Part shown: positions 29,053 to 39,636 of the stretch, piece after piece
Numbering within the stretch: the first letter of the stretch is position 1
How the letters are laid out: the number at the start of each line of letters is the position of its first letter
From: a bacterium
Lineage (GTDB): Bacteria; BMS3Abin14
DNA length: 64,000 bases
NCBI GenBank assembly: GCA_029210965.1
Contig: JARGFZ010000005.1
Span: forward strand, 37,901-101,900
Direction of reading: 5' to 3'
Made by a program: the position numbers and the translations under genes
Notes under the pieces: model-generated
What the model was told of the DNA's origin: nothing
What the model saw: the letters and a program-made list of their open reading frames with translations, nothing else
Database searches by the model: none

Positions 29053-30539
29053 CTGGACCTCCTGCCGGCCATCTTCCAAAGATCCGTTGCGCCGCCCCCC
29101 TGCCCCTCGGGAGCTGCCGTTTCCCTTTTTCGCCTGGCGGTCTGCAGTGCAGCCGCGACGATGGCCACATCCCTTAGTTCTTTATTCTCCGCATCGGCCT
29201 CCAGTACAAAGGCATCCCCGATGAAACCGGTGGTGATGTTCCCGTCGAGAAACGCCTTATTTTCCATTACCTTCAGATGGAACGGAATGGTGGTCTTGAT
29301 CCCTTTTACAATATATTCAGCCAGAGCCCGTTTCATGCGGTTCACAGCCTCCGTCCGATCCCTCCCCCAGGTGCACAGCTTGGAGATCATGGGGTCGTAA
29401 AAGAGCGGGACCTCGTACCCGGCATAGACTCCCGAGTCGTCCCTGACTCCGGGGCCGCTGGGAACTCTCAGGGCGAGGATCTTCCCGGGGGAGGGCAGGA
29501 AGTTGTTATAGGGATCCTCCGCGTAGATCCTGCACTCGAGGGCCCAGCCGTTCATCTTCACCTCATCCTGGGTGATCGAAAGCTTCTCACCGGAGGCGAT
29601 CCGGAACATCTCCTTGGCAATATCCACACCGGTGATCATCTCTGTTACCGGGTGTTCCACCTGCAGGCGTGTATTCATCTCGAGGAAGAAAAAGTTCTTG
29701 TGCCGGTCCACAAGGAACTCCACCGTTCCCGCGCTCCAGTAACCGGCTGCTCTGGCCGCATCCACCGCCGCCTTGCCCATGCGTTCCCTGAGCTCTTGGT
29801 CAAGAGCCATGGAAGGGGCCTCCTCGATGACCTTCTGATGGCGACGCTGGATGGAGCACTCACGTTCAAAGAGGTGGACCACGTTGCCGTGACGATCAGC
29901 GAGGACCTGAAACTCAATATGCCGGGGATCCTCGACATACTTCTCGATATACACGGCATCGTCACCAAAGGAGGATCGGGCCTCAGAGCGAGCCGCCCGG
30001 ATGGATCCCTCGATCTCCTTCTCTTCGTTTACGACCCGCATGCCTTTACCACCGCCGCCCGCTGCCGCCTTGATCATCACCGGCAGCCCGATCTCAAGAG
30101 CTCTCCTGGCCAGCTCAGCGTCATCCTCGATGAGCTCGGTGCCGGGCACTACAGGTACCCCGGCCTCCATCATCGTCTTGCGGGCTATCGTTTTGTGCCC
30201 CATCATCTCGATGGCGGCCGGCGAAGGACCGATAAAGATGATCCCGTTGGCGTTGCACATCTTGGCAAAGGCCGGATTCTCCGCCAGAAAACCGTATCCC
30301 GGGTGTATTGCGTCCACCCCGGCGACTTTCGCCACATCGATGATGCGATCCATCACCAGGTAGCTTTCGGCCGAAGGGGGCGGGCCGACACAGTAGGCCT
30401 CGTCGGCGCACCTGACATGAAGGGCATCGCGGTCGGCCTCCGAGTAAATGGCAACGGAGGGGATCCCCAACTCCTTGCAGGCCCGGATGAGCCTTACAGC
30501 GATCTCACCGCGATTTGCTATGAGTACTTTCTTAAACAT
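29040..30539 (-). CDS. accC: biotin carboxylase subunit of an acyl-CoA (propionyl/acetyl-CoA) carboxylase
   Basis: 499 aa. [29 protein letters not shown]-grasp [13 protein letters not shown]-terminal domain. Confidence 0.92.
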   Translation of the reverse strand: MFKKVLIANRGEIAVRLIRACKELGIPSVAIYSEADRDALHVRCADEAYCVGPPPSAESYLVMDRIIDVAKVAGVDAIHPGYGFLAENPAFAKMCNANGIIFIGPSPAAIEMMGHKTIARKTMMEAGVPVVPGTELIEDDAELARRALEIGLPVMIKAAAGGGGKGMRVVNEEKEIEGSIRAARSEARSSFGDDAVYIEKYVEDPRHIEFQVLADRHGNVVHLFERECSIQRRHQKVIEEAPSMALDQELRERMGKAAVDAARAAGYWSAGTVEFLVDRHKNFFFLEMNTRLQVEHPVTEMITGVDIAKEMFRIASGEKLSITQDEVKMNGWALECRIYAEDPYNNFLPSPGKILALRVPSGPGVRDDSGVYAGYEVPLFYDPMISKLCTWGRDRTEAVNRMKRALAEYIVKGIKTTIPFHLKVMENKAFLDGNITTGFIGDAFVLEADAENKELRDVAIVAAALQTARRKRETAAPEGQGGGATDLWKMAGRRSRWLT

Positions 30540-30609
30540 CGTTTTTTCCCTCGTCTGATCTCGTTGAAAAAACTTTCTTTAGAAATCTGGATGTTTCCCT
30601 GCCAGATTT

Positions 30610-32160
30610 CTAAAGCGGAATATTCCCATGTTTACGGGGCGGATTCTCATCCCTCTTCGACAGGCACATCTCCAGAACCTTGATGAGCCGGGGTCTTGTC
30701 TTCTGGGGCAAGATCACCTCGTCGATGTACCCCAGCTCCGCCGCCTTGTAGGGGTTGGCGAAGGTTTCTTTGAAGTGGTCCACAAGTTCCGTCTTTCGGG
30801 CCACCGGATCGGCTGATTCTTTGAGCTCGTTCCTGAAGATGATATTCACCGCGCCATCCGGTCCCATGACGGCGATCTCCGCGGTGGGATAAGCGAAGTT
30901 AAAATCGGCCCTGATGTGCTTGGAGTTCATGACGCAATAGGCGCCACCGTAAGCCTTCCGGGTAATGACGGTGAGCTTGGGAACGGTGGCCTCGCAAAAG
31001 GCATAAAGAAGCTTGGCGCCATGGGTGATGATCCCTCCGTATTCCTGGTCCACCCCCGGGAGGAACCCGGGGACGTCCTCGAAAACCACAAGGGGGATGT
31101 TGAACGCGTCGCAGAATCTGACGAACCTGGCCGCCTTGATGGAGGCGTTGATATCCAGAACCCCCGCGAGGTTCGCCGGCTGATTGGCCACAACTCCCAC
31201 CGAATGCCCGTTCAGACGTATAAAGCCGATGACAATGTTCCCGGCATAGTGTTCCTGGATCTCGAAGAAGTAGTTGTCGTCGGCCACTGTGGTGATGATC
31301 TCTTTGATGTCGTAAGGTTTGTTGGAGTTGTCAGGGACGATGTCATTCAGGGACTCATCCTCCCTCAGGGGATCATCCTCCGTGGGAACGAAGGGCGGAT
31401 CCTCGGCGTTGTTCTGGGGAGCGAAGGACAGGAGCTCCCGAACCATTCCGAGGGCTTCCTTCTCATCTTCTGCGGCCAGGTGGCACACACCGCTCTTCGA
31501 GGCGTGGGTCTCGGCGCCGCCCAATTCCTCCTTGGTAACCTCCTCGTGGGTCACCGCCTTGATCACCTCCGGTCCGGTAATGAACATGTAGCTCGTGTTC
31601 TTCACCATGATGATGAAGTCTGTGATGGCCGGGCTGTAAACCGCCCCTCCCGCGCATGGTCCCATAATGAGGGAGATCTGCGGAACCACCCCGGAGGCGA
31701 GGGTGTTGCGAAGGAAGATATCTGCGTAACCCCCAAGGCTGACGACCCCTTCCTGGATCCTCGCCCCGCCCGAATCGTTGAAACCGATCACAGGGCAGCC
31801 GTACTTCATGGCCAGGTCCATGATCTTGACCACTTTCTCCGCGTAGGCGCCGGAGAGGGACCCGCCGAAAACGGTAAAGTCCTGGGCGAAGACGAACACC
31901 TTGCGGCCGTTGACCTTCCCGTACCCCGTAATGACACCGTCACCCGGGATCTTCTGCTTCTCCATCCCGAAATCGTTGCAGCGGTGAGTCACGAACTTGT
32001 CCATCTCCACGAAGCTGCCCTCATCGAGAAAAAGGTTGACCCTCTCCCTGGCGGTAAGTTTACCGGCTTCGTGCTGCTTGGCTATGCGGGTTTCACCACC
32101 GCCAAGCTCGGCCTGGGCATCCTTCTCTTTAAGCAGTTCGAACTTCTTTTCAAGGGACAT
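30610..32160 (-). CDS. pccB: propionyl-CoA carboxylase beta chain / methylmalonyl-CoA carboxyltransferase (12S type)
   Basis: 516 aa. Carboxyltransferase N and C domains (GGARIQEGV, ..AYGGAYCVM..). Ends KHGNIPL. Confidence 0.92.
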   Translation of the reverse strand: MSLEKKFELLKEKDAQAELGGGETRIAKQHEAGKLTARERVNLFLDEGSFVEMDKFVTHRCNDFGMEKQKIPGDGVITGYGKVNGRKVFVFAQDFTVFGGSLSGAYAEKVVKIMDLAMKYGCPVIGFNDSGGARIQEGVVSLGGYADIFLRNTLASGVVPQISLIMGPCAGGAVYSPAITDFIIMVKNTSYMFITGPEVIKAVTHEEVTKEELGGAETHASKSGVCHLAAEDEKEALGMVRELLSFAPQNNAEDPPFVPTEDDPLREDESLNDIVPDNSNKPYDIKEIITTVADDNYFFEIQEHYAGNIVIGFIRLNGHSVGVVANQPANLAGVLDINASIKAARFVRFCDAFNIPLVVFEDVPGFLPGVDQEYGGIITHGAKLLYAFCEATVPKLTVITRKAYGGAYCVMNSKHIRADFNFAYPTAEIAVMGPDGAVNIIFRNELKESADPVARKTELVDHFKETFANPYKAAELGYIDEVILPQKTRPRLIKVLEMCLSKRDENPPRKHGNIPL

Positions 32161-32343
32161 GACCTATCCTCCGGTTAATATCTTTTATTGTCCTGGAACT
32201 GGGATTGAGCGAAAAACACAGTATACAAATTAAACCTCCGCTGGACAATAACCAGCGAAAATTTAATCACGTATCAGGTATGAAGCTTCAAGAGGTGGAA
32301 CTCATAAAGAGATCTGGTTCAAGCTCCAGGTTCCCGGTCCTGG

Positions 32344-32912
32344 CTACATGATGAAGTGGTAATTGTACATGACGCTCAGCACAGTGGTCGTAGCGTCACC
32401 CACATTCAGGTATTTAACTCCGCCCGACTCCACATCGATGTCCCAGGCATGAACACGCAGCCCGAAATCCACACTGTGCCCCGGGGTGATATAGTAATCA
32501 AACCCTCCGCCTAAAAAAGAGAGGTGCCGGTAAAGGAGTCTGTGAAAAGGTCATAGTCCATGGTGTGACTGCCCAGACCCACAACCAGGTAGGGTGACAG
32601 TCCACTCCCTGTGCCAAAGGCGAACTCGGCGCCTATGTCAAAACGGGAATATAAGAAGTCGTCACCGAAGGGGTCCTCATGACCGCTGAAGCCGAGGACA
32701 AAATCCAGGGCAAAGGTCGGCTGAAAATAGTACCCGAAGTTGAAGGTCAGCCCCTGACCCGATTCAATGTCGCTGAAATCCTTGCCCAGATCAACCGTAT
32801 TAATCCCGCCACCCACATACCATTGTCCTGCCTGGGCCGGTACTGCGGCAAGCAGAGTAAAAGCCAGGAGCAGAACGGCCAACAGGATCGTTCCAACTTT
32901 CAGCGCTTTCAT
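32344..32912 (-). pseudogene. OmpA/OmpW-like small outer-membrane beta-barrel gene, frameshifted in a homopolymer
   Basis: Signal peptide MKALKVGTILLAVLLLAFTLLAAVPAQA. The ORF stops at 32511. The beta-barrel continues in another frame (GGGFDYYITPGHSVDFGLRVHAWDIDVESGGVKYLN..YNYHFIM*, stop 32344-32346). The shift is at the A6 run 32513-32518; one extra base would restore a ~188-aa protein. Confidence 0.6.
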
Positions 32913-33063
32913 TTTATCCCCCTTTGAAATAGGCCAAAAATTCTTGTCTGCGAATTATAGCAGAAGAAGGCAGGAAAAATCAGTGCCAAGTTCCAGGTTC
33001 CTGGTTTTTGGTTCCTGGATTGTTCCAGGCACCTGAACCAGGTACCAGGCACCGGTTTTCGAT

Positions 33064-33151
33064 GACATACATCGCGGATTTCCAAGGGGCGATAATCCCG
33101 TGATCTGCGGGGCAGGTTGTCGCACTTGATGGACAATGCTTATCGGCTGCC
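33064..33151. repeat. dispersed repeat (GGGGCGATAATCCCG-hairpin module)
   Basis: GACATACATCGCGGATTTCCAAGGGGCGATAATCCCGTGATCTGCGGGGCAGGTTGTCGCACTTGATGGACAATGCTTATCGGCTGCC. Its tail is re-duplicated at 33215-33250, and a partial head copy lies at 33361-33405. Confidence 0.75.
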
Positions 33152-33179
33152 AAGAGTGCGCCGGATACGAGCATACGTC

Positions 33180-33214
33180 GGTGAAGGTGGAATGTGGAAG
33201 GTGGAAGGTGGAAG
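33180..33214. repeat. heptamer array GGTGGAA x5
   Basis: GGTGAAG GTGGAAT GTGGAAG GTGGAAG GTGGAAG. Confidence 0.9.
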
Positions 33215-33444
33215 ATTGTCGCACCTGGATGGACCGCGCTTATCGGCCCAGGAGAATGGGTGAGCCCATTCGACAAGTCTCAGGGTCTTGTGAATGCAAG
33301 GCCCGAGGGAGGGTGGGACCAGCTTGTCACGCCATAGCTCGAAGAGCGACGGCGGAAGGCGTATATGGGACATACGGTGAGGATTTCCGAAGGACGATAA
33401 CGCAGTAGATGACCCCTTATTGGAAGCCTCCCCCAAAAAAGGTT

Positions 33445-34038
33445 TCAGTTGTAATCCCTACCGGAGATAAATTCATACCCCTTCCAGAAGCCTTCTACGT
33501 TTATATCCGCCCCCTTCCCGATCGTCTCCCGGATGGTCCTGACTGCAGACTCCGTATCAACGATATTGGAAACAGCTACCAGAGCCCCCAGCATGACCAT
33601 GTTCAGGGCCTGTATATGCCCGACTTCCCGCGCGATCGTATCGGCAGGTATGAAGACAGGCTCCACTCCCCCCTCCCTGAACAGTTCAGTGAGGGTATCG
33701 ATGGTGGGGTACTTTTCCGGCGCAATGGTGGAATGATAAGGCATCCTGGTTGCCTGGCTGACAAGGACCTTGCCGTCCCTCTTCAGATAGGGCACGGTGT
33801 GGAGGATCTCACCAAGCTCCAGAGAAAGGATAACATCGGCACAGCCGTGGGTTATTTTGGGACAGATACGGTCTCCGGCACGGATGTGGCTGCTCACAGA
33901 TCCCCCCAGTTGAGCCAGCCCGGAGTGGACATAGAAGCTGGGGTTAAGACCTTCTGCCAGCATGGATTTGGCAAGGATCTCCGAAAAAAGTACGATCCCC
34001 TGTCCACCGATCCCGGCGGCAACAACGTTAAATTCCAA
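33445..34038 (-). CDS. iorB: indolepyruvate:ferredoxin oxidoreductase, beta subunit
   Basis: 197 aa. (M)EFNVVAAGIGGQGIVLFSEILA. TTG start with AGGAGGAAGAGG RBS, overlapping the iorA end. Confidence 0.85.
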   Translation of the reverse strand: MEFNVVAAGIGGQGIVLFSEILAKSMLAEGLNPSFYVHSGLAQLGGSVSSHIRAGDRICPKITHGCADVILSLELGEILHTVPYLKRDGKVLVSQATRMPYHSTIAPEKYPTIDTLTELFREGGVEPVFIPADTIAREVGHIQALNMVMLGALVAVSNIVDTESAVRTIRETIGKGADINVEGFWKGYEFISGRDYN

Positions 34039-35911
34039 ACCTCTTCCTCCTGATCTTCAGGGGATTACTGCTGATCGCGGAGCTGGGACAAAAGTTGACA
34101 CACAGGCCGCAGCTCTGGCAGTCCTCCTGGTTGATCCTGACATCGTCACCATCCCGGATTATGGCCGGACAGGCCAACGCTTCGATACAGGTACGTTCAC
34201 ACCCTTCAAATCCAGGGCACTTTTTAGGATTGATGCGCATTGCAAGATCCCAGGTTCGGGGCTGACGGGCTACACAGGGTCCCCGGAGTATCAGTACGTT
34301 CACTCCACGGCCGGTTAACATCTTTTTATATGCGCGAATAGACTTTTTCAGCCTGTAGGGGTTGACCACCTTCACAGAGTTCACGCCGAGTCCCCGGGAG
34401 ATCTTTTCGATGGGGATACGGATCTCATCGCCGCCCACGGTGCCGATATTGCTCTGGTAACCGGTCATAGCCGCCCAGTTGTTATCCAGGACGACAACAG
34501 GCAGATCCTGCCCCGTAGCCACCGCGTTGATCAAAGGGGAAACACCTGAGTGATAGAAGGTCCCATCGCCGATGGTGGCGACAACCGGTTTTTTCATGCC
34601 GGCCCCAATAAAACCTTCCGCAAGACCTATGCTGTTGCCCATGGAAACTTCCGTCCAGCAGATAGAGAACGGTTCGTTGATGCCAAGAACAGTGCAGCCG
34701 ATGTCTCCGGTGACCACGATCTCGGAAGGATCCATCCCCAGTTCCTTCATGGCCTTGATCATGGCGTAGTATGAGTTGCGGTGGGGGCAGCCGGCACAAA
34801 AGGTAAGCAGACGATGGACCTTAAGGGACTCGGCCTTTTCATCAATATCCAGACCGTGGCAGGCCTCTATTTTCTCGCCGAGAACCTCTGAAAGTGCTTC
34901 ACGGACCTGGTCGGGTGAGAGGTCCCCCACCCTGGAGACCAGGCCGTCTTCCTTGCCGAACACCCGAGGGGGGTTCTCCATCATGCTTGCCTGGACCCTG
35001 ACCCTTCTCTCAATGATGGGTTCCAGTTCTTCCAATACCAGGATCCGTTCAGTACTCTGCAGAGCCTTAATTATCTTGCCCAGGGGAGCCGGATGGGCCG
35101 TTGAAACCTTGAGACGTGTCAGATCAAGGTCATGTTTTTCCAGGGTCTCCATCAGGTAGTCCCAGGCAAGAGAGGACGCAATAACACCTACCCTGGTCCC
35201 TTTTTCAGTGAGGATATTGAGATGGTCCGCGACAGCGGCAGTTTTCTCCACCCGGTCCAGAGCTTCCTGATGCTGTTTCCGGCACCTGATGGATCCCGCT
35301 TTGGTGTATTTATCAATATTGAATTCGAAGTGGGCCTTCTGGCGCATGCGGCGGACCTCGCCCAGGGTCACCTTGCTGTAGGTGTTGGACAAAACCGTCG
35401 TACTGCGAAGGAAAACCGGGCCGCCTATCTCTTCCGAAAGCTCAAAAGCATACCTGGTAAAATCCAGCAGTTCCTGTGGATTAGCTGGAACCAGCATGGG
35501 AGCTGAAGACAGAAGAGCGTAGTATCTGGAGTCCTGCTCAACCATCCCGTAATAGACATTGGGATCATCACCAACGTAGATGACCAACCCCCCGACTGTA
35601 CCGGAAGCAGCCACCGAAAGGATTGAGTCGGAGGCTACGTTCAGCCCTGACATCTTCATGGTAACGAGAGATCTGAGGCCCGCCCAGGAATTGCCTGTTG
35701 CAATATCAAAGGCAACCTTTTCGTTTATGGCCCACCTGGCCCGGATCGGGGAATCGGCAGACTTGAGGATCTCGATGACCGGGGTGGTGGGAGTACCGGG
35801 ATACCCGGTGACGAGAGAAACACCTGCCTCGATACAACCACGTGCAATGGATTCATTCCCGGAGAAAAGAACGTCGGTACCTGGACTGTCAATGGTGATG
35901 AAGGATTTCAT
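34028..35911 (-). CDS. iorA: indolepyruvate:ferredoxin oxidoreductase, alpha subunit
   Basis: 627 aa. N-terminus GNESIARGCIEAGVSLVTGYPGTP. TPP-binding GDGTFYHSG. C-terminal 2x[4Fe-4S] motifs (CxxCxxCxxxCP). Confidence 0.9.
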   Translation of the reverse strand: MKSFITIDSPGTDVLFSGNESIARGCIEAGVSLVTGYPGTPTTPVIEILKSADSPIRARWAINEKVAFDIATGNSWAGLRSLVTMKMSGLNVASDSILSVAASGTVGGLVIYVGDDPNVYYGMVEQDSRYYALLSSAPMLVPANPQELLDFTRYAFELSEEIGGPVFLRSTTVLSNTYSKVTLGEVRRMRQKAHFEFNIDKYTKAGSIRCRKQHQEALDRVEKTAAVADHLNILTEKGTRVGVIASSLAWDYLMETLEKHDLDLTRLKVSTAHPAPLGKIIKALQSTERILVLEELEPIIERRVRVQASMMENPPRVFGKEDGLVSRVGDLSPDQVREALSEVLGEKIEACHGLDIDEKAESLKVHRLLTFCAGCPHRNSYYAMIKAMKELGMDPSEIVVTGDIGCTVLGINEPFSICWTEVSMGNSIGLAEGFIGAGMKKPVVATIGDGTFYHSGVSPLINAVATGQDLPVVVLDNNWAAMTGYQSNIGTVGGDEIRIPIEKISRGLGVNSVKVVNPYRLKKSIRAYKKMLTGRGVNVLILRGPCVARQPRTWDLAMRINPKKCPGFEGCERTCIEALACPAIIRDGDDVRINQEDCQSCGLCVNFCPSSAISSNPLKIRRKRFGI

Positions 35912-35920
35912 ATAAGAGGG

Positions 35921-36475
35921 TTACTTGAGAAGAGAGGAAATTTCCTTGAACTCTGCTGTTCCTGCCTTTTCAAGGATCTGAAAAGCGACGGTCTCAGAGG
36001 ATGTTACAATGGCGCCCGCCCGCTCCATGAACCTCATCGCAGCGTCACGGTTTCCATCAATGCGGGAGCAGACAGCATCCCATGGTAGATGAACGGTGTA
36101 GCCCATATCCAGCAAGTCGGTGGCGGTCTGAAGCACACAGATATGAGCCTCCATGCCGGTGAGGATAACCTTGCGCCGGCCAAGTGCATCGAGAGCGCGG
36201 GTGAACGGTTCTTCGCCGCAACAGGAGAAATGGATCTTTTCCACCGGATCAACACCCGCAAGCTCTGATGCAAGAGCTTCTACCGTAGGGCCAAGACCTT
36301 TCGTGTACTGCTGGGTCAGGATAATGGGAATATCGTGCAGCTTTGCAGCGCGGATAAGAACACCGATAGCGGCCTCAACCTGCTGACGCCTATCCATTAC
36401 CCTGGCCAGCCTCTCCTGGACATCGACTACTACCAGAACGGCTTCGGACGCTTTGAACCTCATTTTATCGATCAT
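35921..36475 (-). CDS. isochorismatase-family cysteine hydrolase
   Basis: 184 aa. VLVVVDVQE.., catalytic Cys context GMEAHICVLQT. Lies 9 nt upstream of iorA. Confidence 0.8.
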   Translation of the reverse strand: MIDKMRFKASEAVLVVVDVQERLARVMDRRQQVEAAIGVLIRAAKLHDIPIILTQQYTKGLGPTVEALASELAGVDPVEKIHFSCCGEEPFTRALDALGRRKVILTGMEAHICVLQTATDLLDMGYTVHLPWDAVCSRIDGNRDAAMRFMERAGAIVTSSETVAFQILEKAGTAEFKEISSLLK

Positions 36476-36486
36476 TGTTAAACCCC

Positions 36487-36516
36487 GTGATTTGTGATTC
36501 GTAATTCGTGATTCGG
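36487..36516. repeat. heptamer array (GTGATTC type x4)
   Basis: GTGATTT GTGATTC GTAATTC GTGATTC GG. Confidence 0.85.
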
Positions 36517-36595
36517 AAATGACCTCAAATCCCAGATCATTGCTTTAGCGTTTTAAAATCTAGACACCAGACCCTAGATCCTAAACACCTATTTT

Positions 36596-37402
36596 TTACT
36601 CGCTTTTCGCTTCAAGTGAATCGTAGCCAAGGCGGTTGGAGATCTCCTCGCACGCCCTCTTGATCAAGGGGACGTAATCTTTCCTTATCTTTTCCATACT
36701 CATGCGGACCGAGGGACCTGATATGGAAATGCCTCCCACAGCCTTGCGTGTATAGTCGAAAATGGGAGCACCGACACACCTTACACCCTCATCCCACTCC
36801 TCGTCGTCCAACGCGTACCCGAGTTCCTTGACGAGGACCAGGTGTTCCAGGATTTTTTTCCGATCGGCGATCGTGTTGGGCGTGAACTTTTTCAGCTCTT
36901 TTTTGCCCAGAACCTCATTGATCGTTTCCGATGTCTCGTAAGCTAACTGCGCTTTTCCTATAGCGGCGCAGTAGGTGGGCACACGGCACCCGACGCGGGA
37001 GAGAACACGCACAGTGTGGTTGGATTCGACCACGTCAAGGTAGAAAGCGTACCGGTCCTTCAATATCCCGATATACACATTCTCGTTAACCTTATTGTTG
37101 AGTTCCTCCATTACAGATCGAGCTACCCGCAGCAGGCCCGTATGGCGGATATAGGTCTGCCCCAACTCCAAAGTTCCGAGGCCCAGACGATAGTTGTCCG
37201 TTGCCATGTTTTGATCGATATATCCCCTGCTCTCAAGGGTCGCAAGAATACGAAAAATGTTGTTTTTGTGAAGTTTTAGTCTTCGTGACAGTTCAGTTAT
37301 GCCCAGTTCATCCGCTTCCGAGTGGAACGCTTCCAGGACATCCAGAGCATGATCCACCGACTGGATAATGTAATCGGTTTTTTTCCTTTTGGTCTGGGTC
37401 AT
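36596..37402 (-). CDS. IclR-family transcriptional regulator (1)
   Basis: 268 aa from MTQTKRKKTDYIIQSVDHALDVLEAF, with GGAGG RBS. wHTH plus IclR effector domain. The longer listed ORF runs upstream through repeat DNA. Confidence 0.88.
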   Translation of the reverse strand: MTQTKRKKTDYIIQSVDHALDVLEAFHSEADELGITELSRRLKLHKNNIFRILATLESRGYIDQNMATDNYRLGLGTLELGQTYIRHTGLLRVARSVMEELNNKVNENVYIGILKDRYAFYLDVVESNHTVRVLSRVGCRVPTYCAAIGKAQLAYETSETINEVLGKKELKKFTPNTIADRKKILEHLVLVKELGYALDDEEWDEGVRCVGAPIFDYTRKAVGGISISGPSVRMSMEKIRKDYVPLIKRACEEISNRLGYDSLEAKSE

Positions 37403-37539
37403 ATCTGCCTCCGTACAGGACCAAAATCCATAACCTCGCAAGAAGTCTCTTCGAAACTTTTGAAGGGCGGTCACGCCTAAGGTGTGATCCCCTGCCAGTC
37501 CCGCCGATGGCGGGATCAATGGAGCGAAGTGAATCCGTC

Positions 37540-37556
37540 CCACGCCGCAGGCGTGG
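37540..37556. promoter_or_regulatory. CCACGCC-N3-GGCGTGG palindrome
   Basis: CCACGCC GCA GGCGTGG, about 140 nt upstream of the IclR-1 start. Confidence 0.35.
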
Positions 37557-37853
37557 CCCCCACCCCGGTCCCGCCGACGGCAGGACTGCTTGATGGACTT
37601 TTTTTAAATCCATCAACTTTGGATCAAATCATAATTTGACAATCAGGAATTGTATTGGTGGCAGGAAGATAAGTCAAGAACGCGAAATCCATCGTGAAAA
37701 ACTGTTCAATAAATATGTGCACACTGAATTTCGCGTATGAAGGTAGCTTAGAACCATGAGATGCGGATGGGAGACACCTCAGGAAAGGAAAACAGTACTT
37801 TGACCATTAATTTCCCAGATAAATAAATCCCGGGGCTCTACCACGGGATTTAT

Positions 37854-38651
37854 TTATTCTTGCCCCTTACCTGTGAGATACCCCATTTTCCTTGAAACCT
37901 TTTTGGAATGATCAAGAACTGCAGGGACAATCTCTTCAACAATTTTCTCTTCAGGAAGCCTGTCAGCCGGCCCGCTGACAGATATGGTACCCTGTATCTT
38001 TCCATAATAATCCAGTATGGGAGCCGCGACACACTTCAGCCCCATTGTCCACTCCTCATTGTCTACCGCGTACCCACTCTCCCCTACCTTGATGATCTCG
38101 GTCTTCAGCTTACGTTCGTCAGTAATCGTGTGTGGTGTCATTTTGTCGAGGATCATGGTCTCAAACAGTTCATCCACCATGGGTTTTCCCAGGAAGGCGA
38201 GAAACACCTTGCCGGTGGCCGTACAATGGGGGGACACTCTGGTTCCAAGGCGTGAGACTACCTGGATCGTCTGGTCAGCAATAACCTCATCCAGATAAAA
38301 AACGTAACCACCGCGTAAAACCGCCAGATAGCTGTTCTCTCTTAGTTCAGATGAGAGAGCCTCCATCTGCGGATGGGTTACAGACACCAGACTGGTGTGC
38401 CTCAGGTAGGCCTGCCCGGCCTCGAAAGCCTTGAGACCCAGCCGATAGTTTCCGGTACGAGGGTTCTGCTCAACGTAGTCACGGCTCTCCAGGGTAGCCA
38501 GAATACGGAAAACGTTATTTTTATGCAGTTTAAGCAGCTTGGCCAGTTGCGTCACCCCAAGTTCAGGTTCATCAGCCCTGAACGCCTCCAAAACATCAAA
38601 CGCATGATCCACGGAGTGGATGATATAATCACTTTTTTTCCTCTTGATCAT
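37854..38651 (-). CDS. IclR-family transcriptional regulator (2), paralogue of the neighbour
   Basis: 265 aa. MIKRKKSDYIIHSVDHAFDVLEAF..LKLHKNNVFRILATLESRDY is nearly collinear with regulator 1. Confidence 0.88.
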   Translation of the reverse strand: MIKRKKSDYIIHSVDHAFDVLEAFRADEPELGVTQLAKLLKLHKNNVFRILATLESRDYVEQNPRTGNYRLGLKAFEAGQAYLRHTSLVSVTHPQMEALSSELRENSYLAVLRGGYVFYLDEVIADQTIQVVSRLGTRVSPHCTATGKVFLAFLGKPMVDELFETMILDKMTPHTITDERKLKTEIIKVGESGYAVDNEEWTMGLKCVAAPILDYYGKIQGTISVSGPADRLPEEKIVEEIVPAVLDHSKKVSRKMGYLTGKGQE

Positions 38652-38780
38652 CCTAACCTCAAAATCATGGCGTTCGATACTTTTCTGTTATAAAAAACGG
38701 GGATGCCCCTCCAGGAGGGGGGGCAAACCAGAGGAGCATCCCCTTTCCCATCGCTGGGAACCTTAAGATTATCAGTCAGT

Positions 38781-39359
38781 TCACTCACCAAGCTTCTCGT
38801 CACGGGGCGCCTCACCGATTCCTGATTTGCGACCCATTCCCAATCGGTCGATCCTTTCCTGAACTGCGTGAAGATAACGCCCTGTTCCGTCCCACAGTTC
38901 TTTGAAGCGCTTGTACGTTTTGAGGGCGTCATCAGTCCGATCCATCTGCTCGTAAACGAGGCCAAGATGCATATAGGCTTCTGCCATCTCCGGCTTCAGG
39001 TGGATCACCTGTTCGTAGGCCATGGCAGCATCCTGAAGCCTCGGTTTTTTTGTCAGCACCTCCAACCCCTTAACCGGCTGCTCATCGAAAAGGAAGGCAG
39101 AACCGAGGTTGAGAAGCGCTTCCACGAAATCAGGTTTGATGAGAACCGCCTTCTTAAAGCAATCCTGGGCGTTGCTGTAGTCTTTCATGTCGAAGTAGGC
39201 AATACCCATATTGCTGTAAGCTTCCGCGAAATTAGAATCCGCCCTGACGGCGTTTTTGAAATATTCAATGGCCGGCAATATTTTGCCCTGGTCGAAAAGT
39301 TCGTTCCCCTTGACCCAGTAGTCGTGCGCTGCGGGGTTCCTCGTAAATCGATCTTTCAT
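38781..39359 (-). CDS. TPR-repeat protein
   Basis: 192 aa. Several 34-aa TPR units (AIEYFKNAVRADSNFAEAYSNMGIAYFDMKDYSNAQDCFKKAV..). Confidence 0.8.
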   Translation of the reverse strand: MKDRFTRNPAAHDYWVKGNELFDQGKILPAIEYFKNAVRADSNFAEAYSNMGIAYFDMKDYSNAQDCFKKAVLIKPDFVEALLNLGSAFLFDEQPVKGLEVLTKKPRLQDAAMAYEQVIHLKPEMAEAYMHLGLVYEQMDRTDDALKTYKRFKELWDGTGRYLHAVQERIDRLGMGRKSGIGEAPRDEKLGE

Positions 39360-39380
39360 ATGCTGTACCCCCCCGGGTAT

Positions 39381-39468
39381 TAATCTAATCTCAGATCCAA
39401 GATCTCAAATCTCAAAAAAGCTTCTGCACAGCATCTCTGAGATTTGCGATTTGCGATTTGAGGTTGAG
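39381..39468. repeat. inverted heptamer arrays (AGATCTC/AAATCTC versus GCGATTT)
   Basis: TAATCTAATCTCAGATCCAAGATCTCAAATCTCAAA ... CTCTGAGATTTGCGATTTGCGATTTGAGGTTGAG. Confidence 0.8.
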
Positions 39469-39480
39469 TTTATAGTTGGT

Positions 39481-39627
39481 GGACTCGTAAAAAGTCCATC
39501 ACCGCGCCCCCGTTTGGGGCGCCCGAATCAATGGCGTGGTATATGAGTCATTGATTCGTGAGGAAAGGGGAAACGACGCTTTTCACTTTCCGACGAGCAA
39601 AAAGCCGATAACGGACTTTTTGCGACC
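39481..39627 (-). repeat. multi-hairpin dispersed element, full copy (B), reverse orientation
   Basis: Its reverse complement aligns end to end with 42722-42872: GGGTCGCAAAAAGTCC..GGCTTTTTGCTCGTCGGAAAGTGAAAAGCGTCGTTTCCCCTTTCCTCACGAATCAATGAC..CCATTGATTCGGGCGCCCCAAACGGGGGCGCGGTGATGGACTTTTTACGAGTCC. Confidence 0.85.
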
Positions 39628-39636
39628 CTGTCATAG

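Noticed and set aside
28408-32178. Long plus-strand ORFs (330, 468 and 420 aa) across the carboxylase cluster
   Set aside because: They are antisense shadows of BCCP, biotin carboxylase and carboxyltransferase. Those three genes have unmistakable family motifs on the minus strand.
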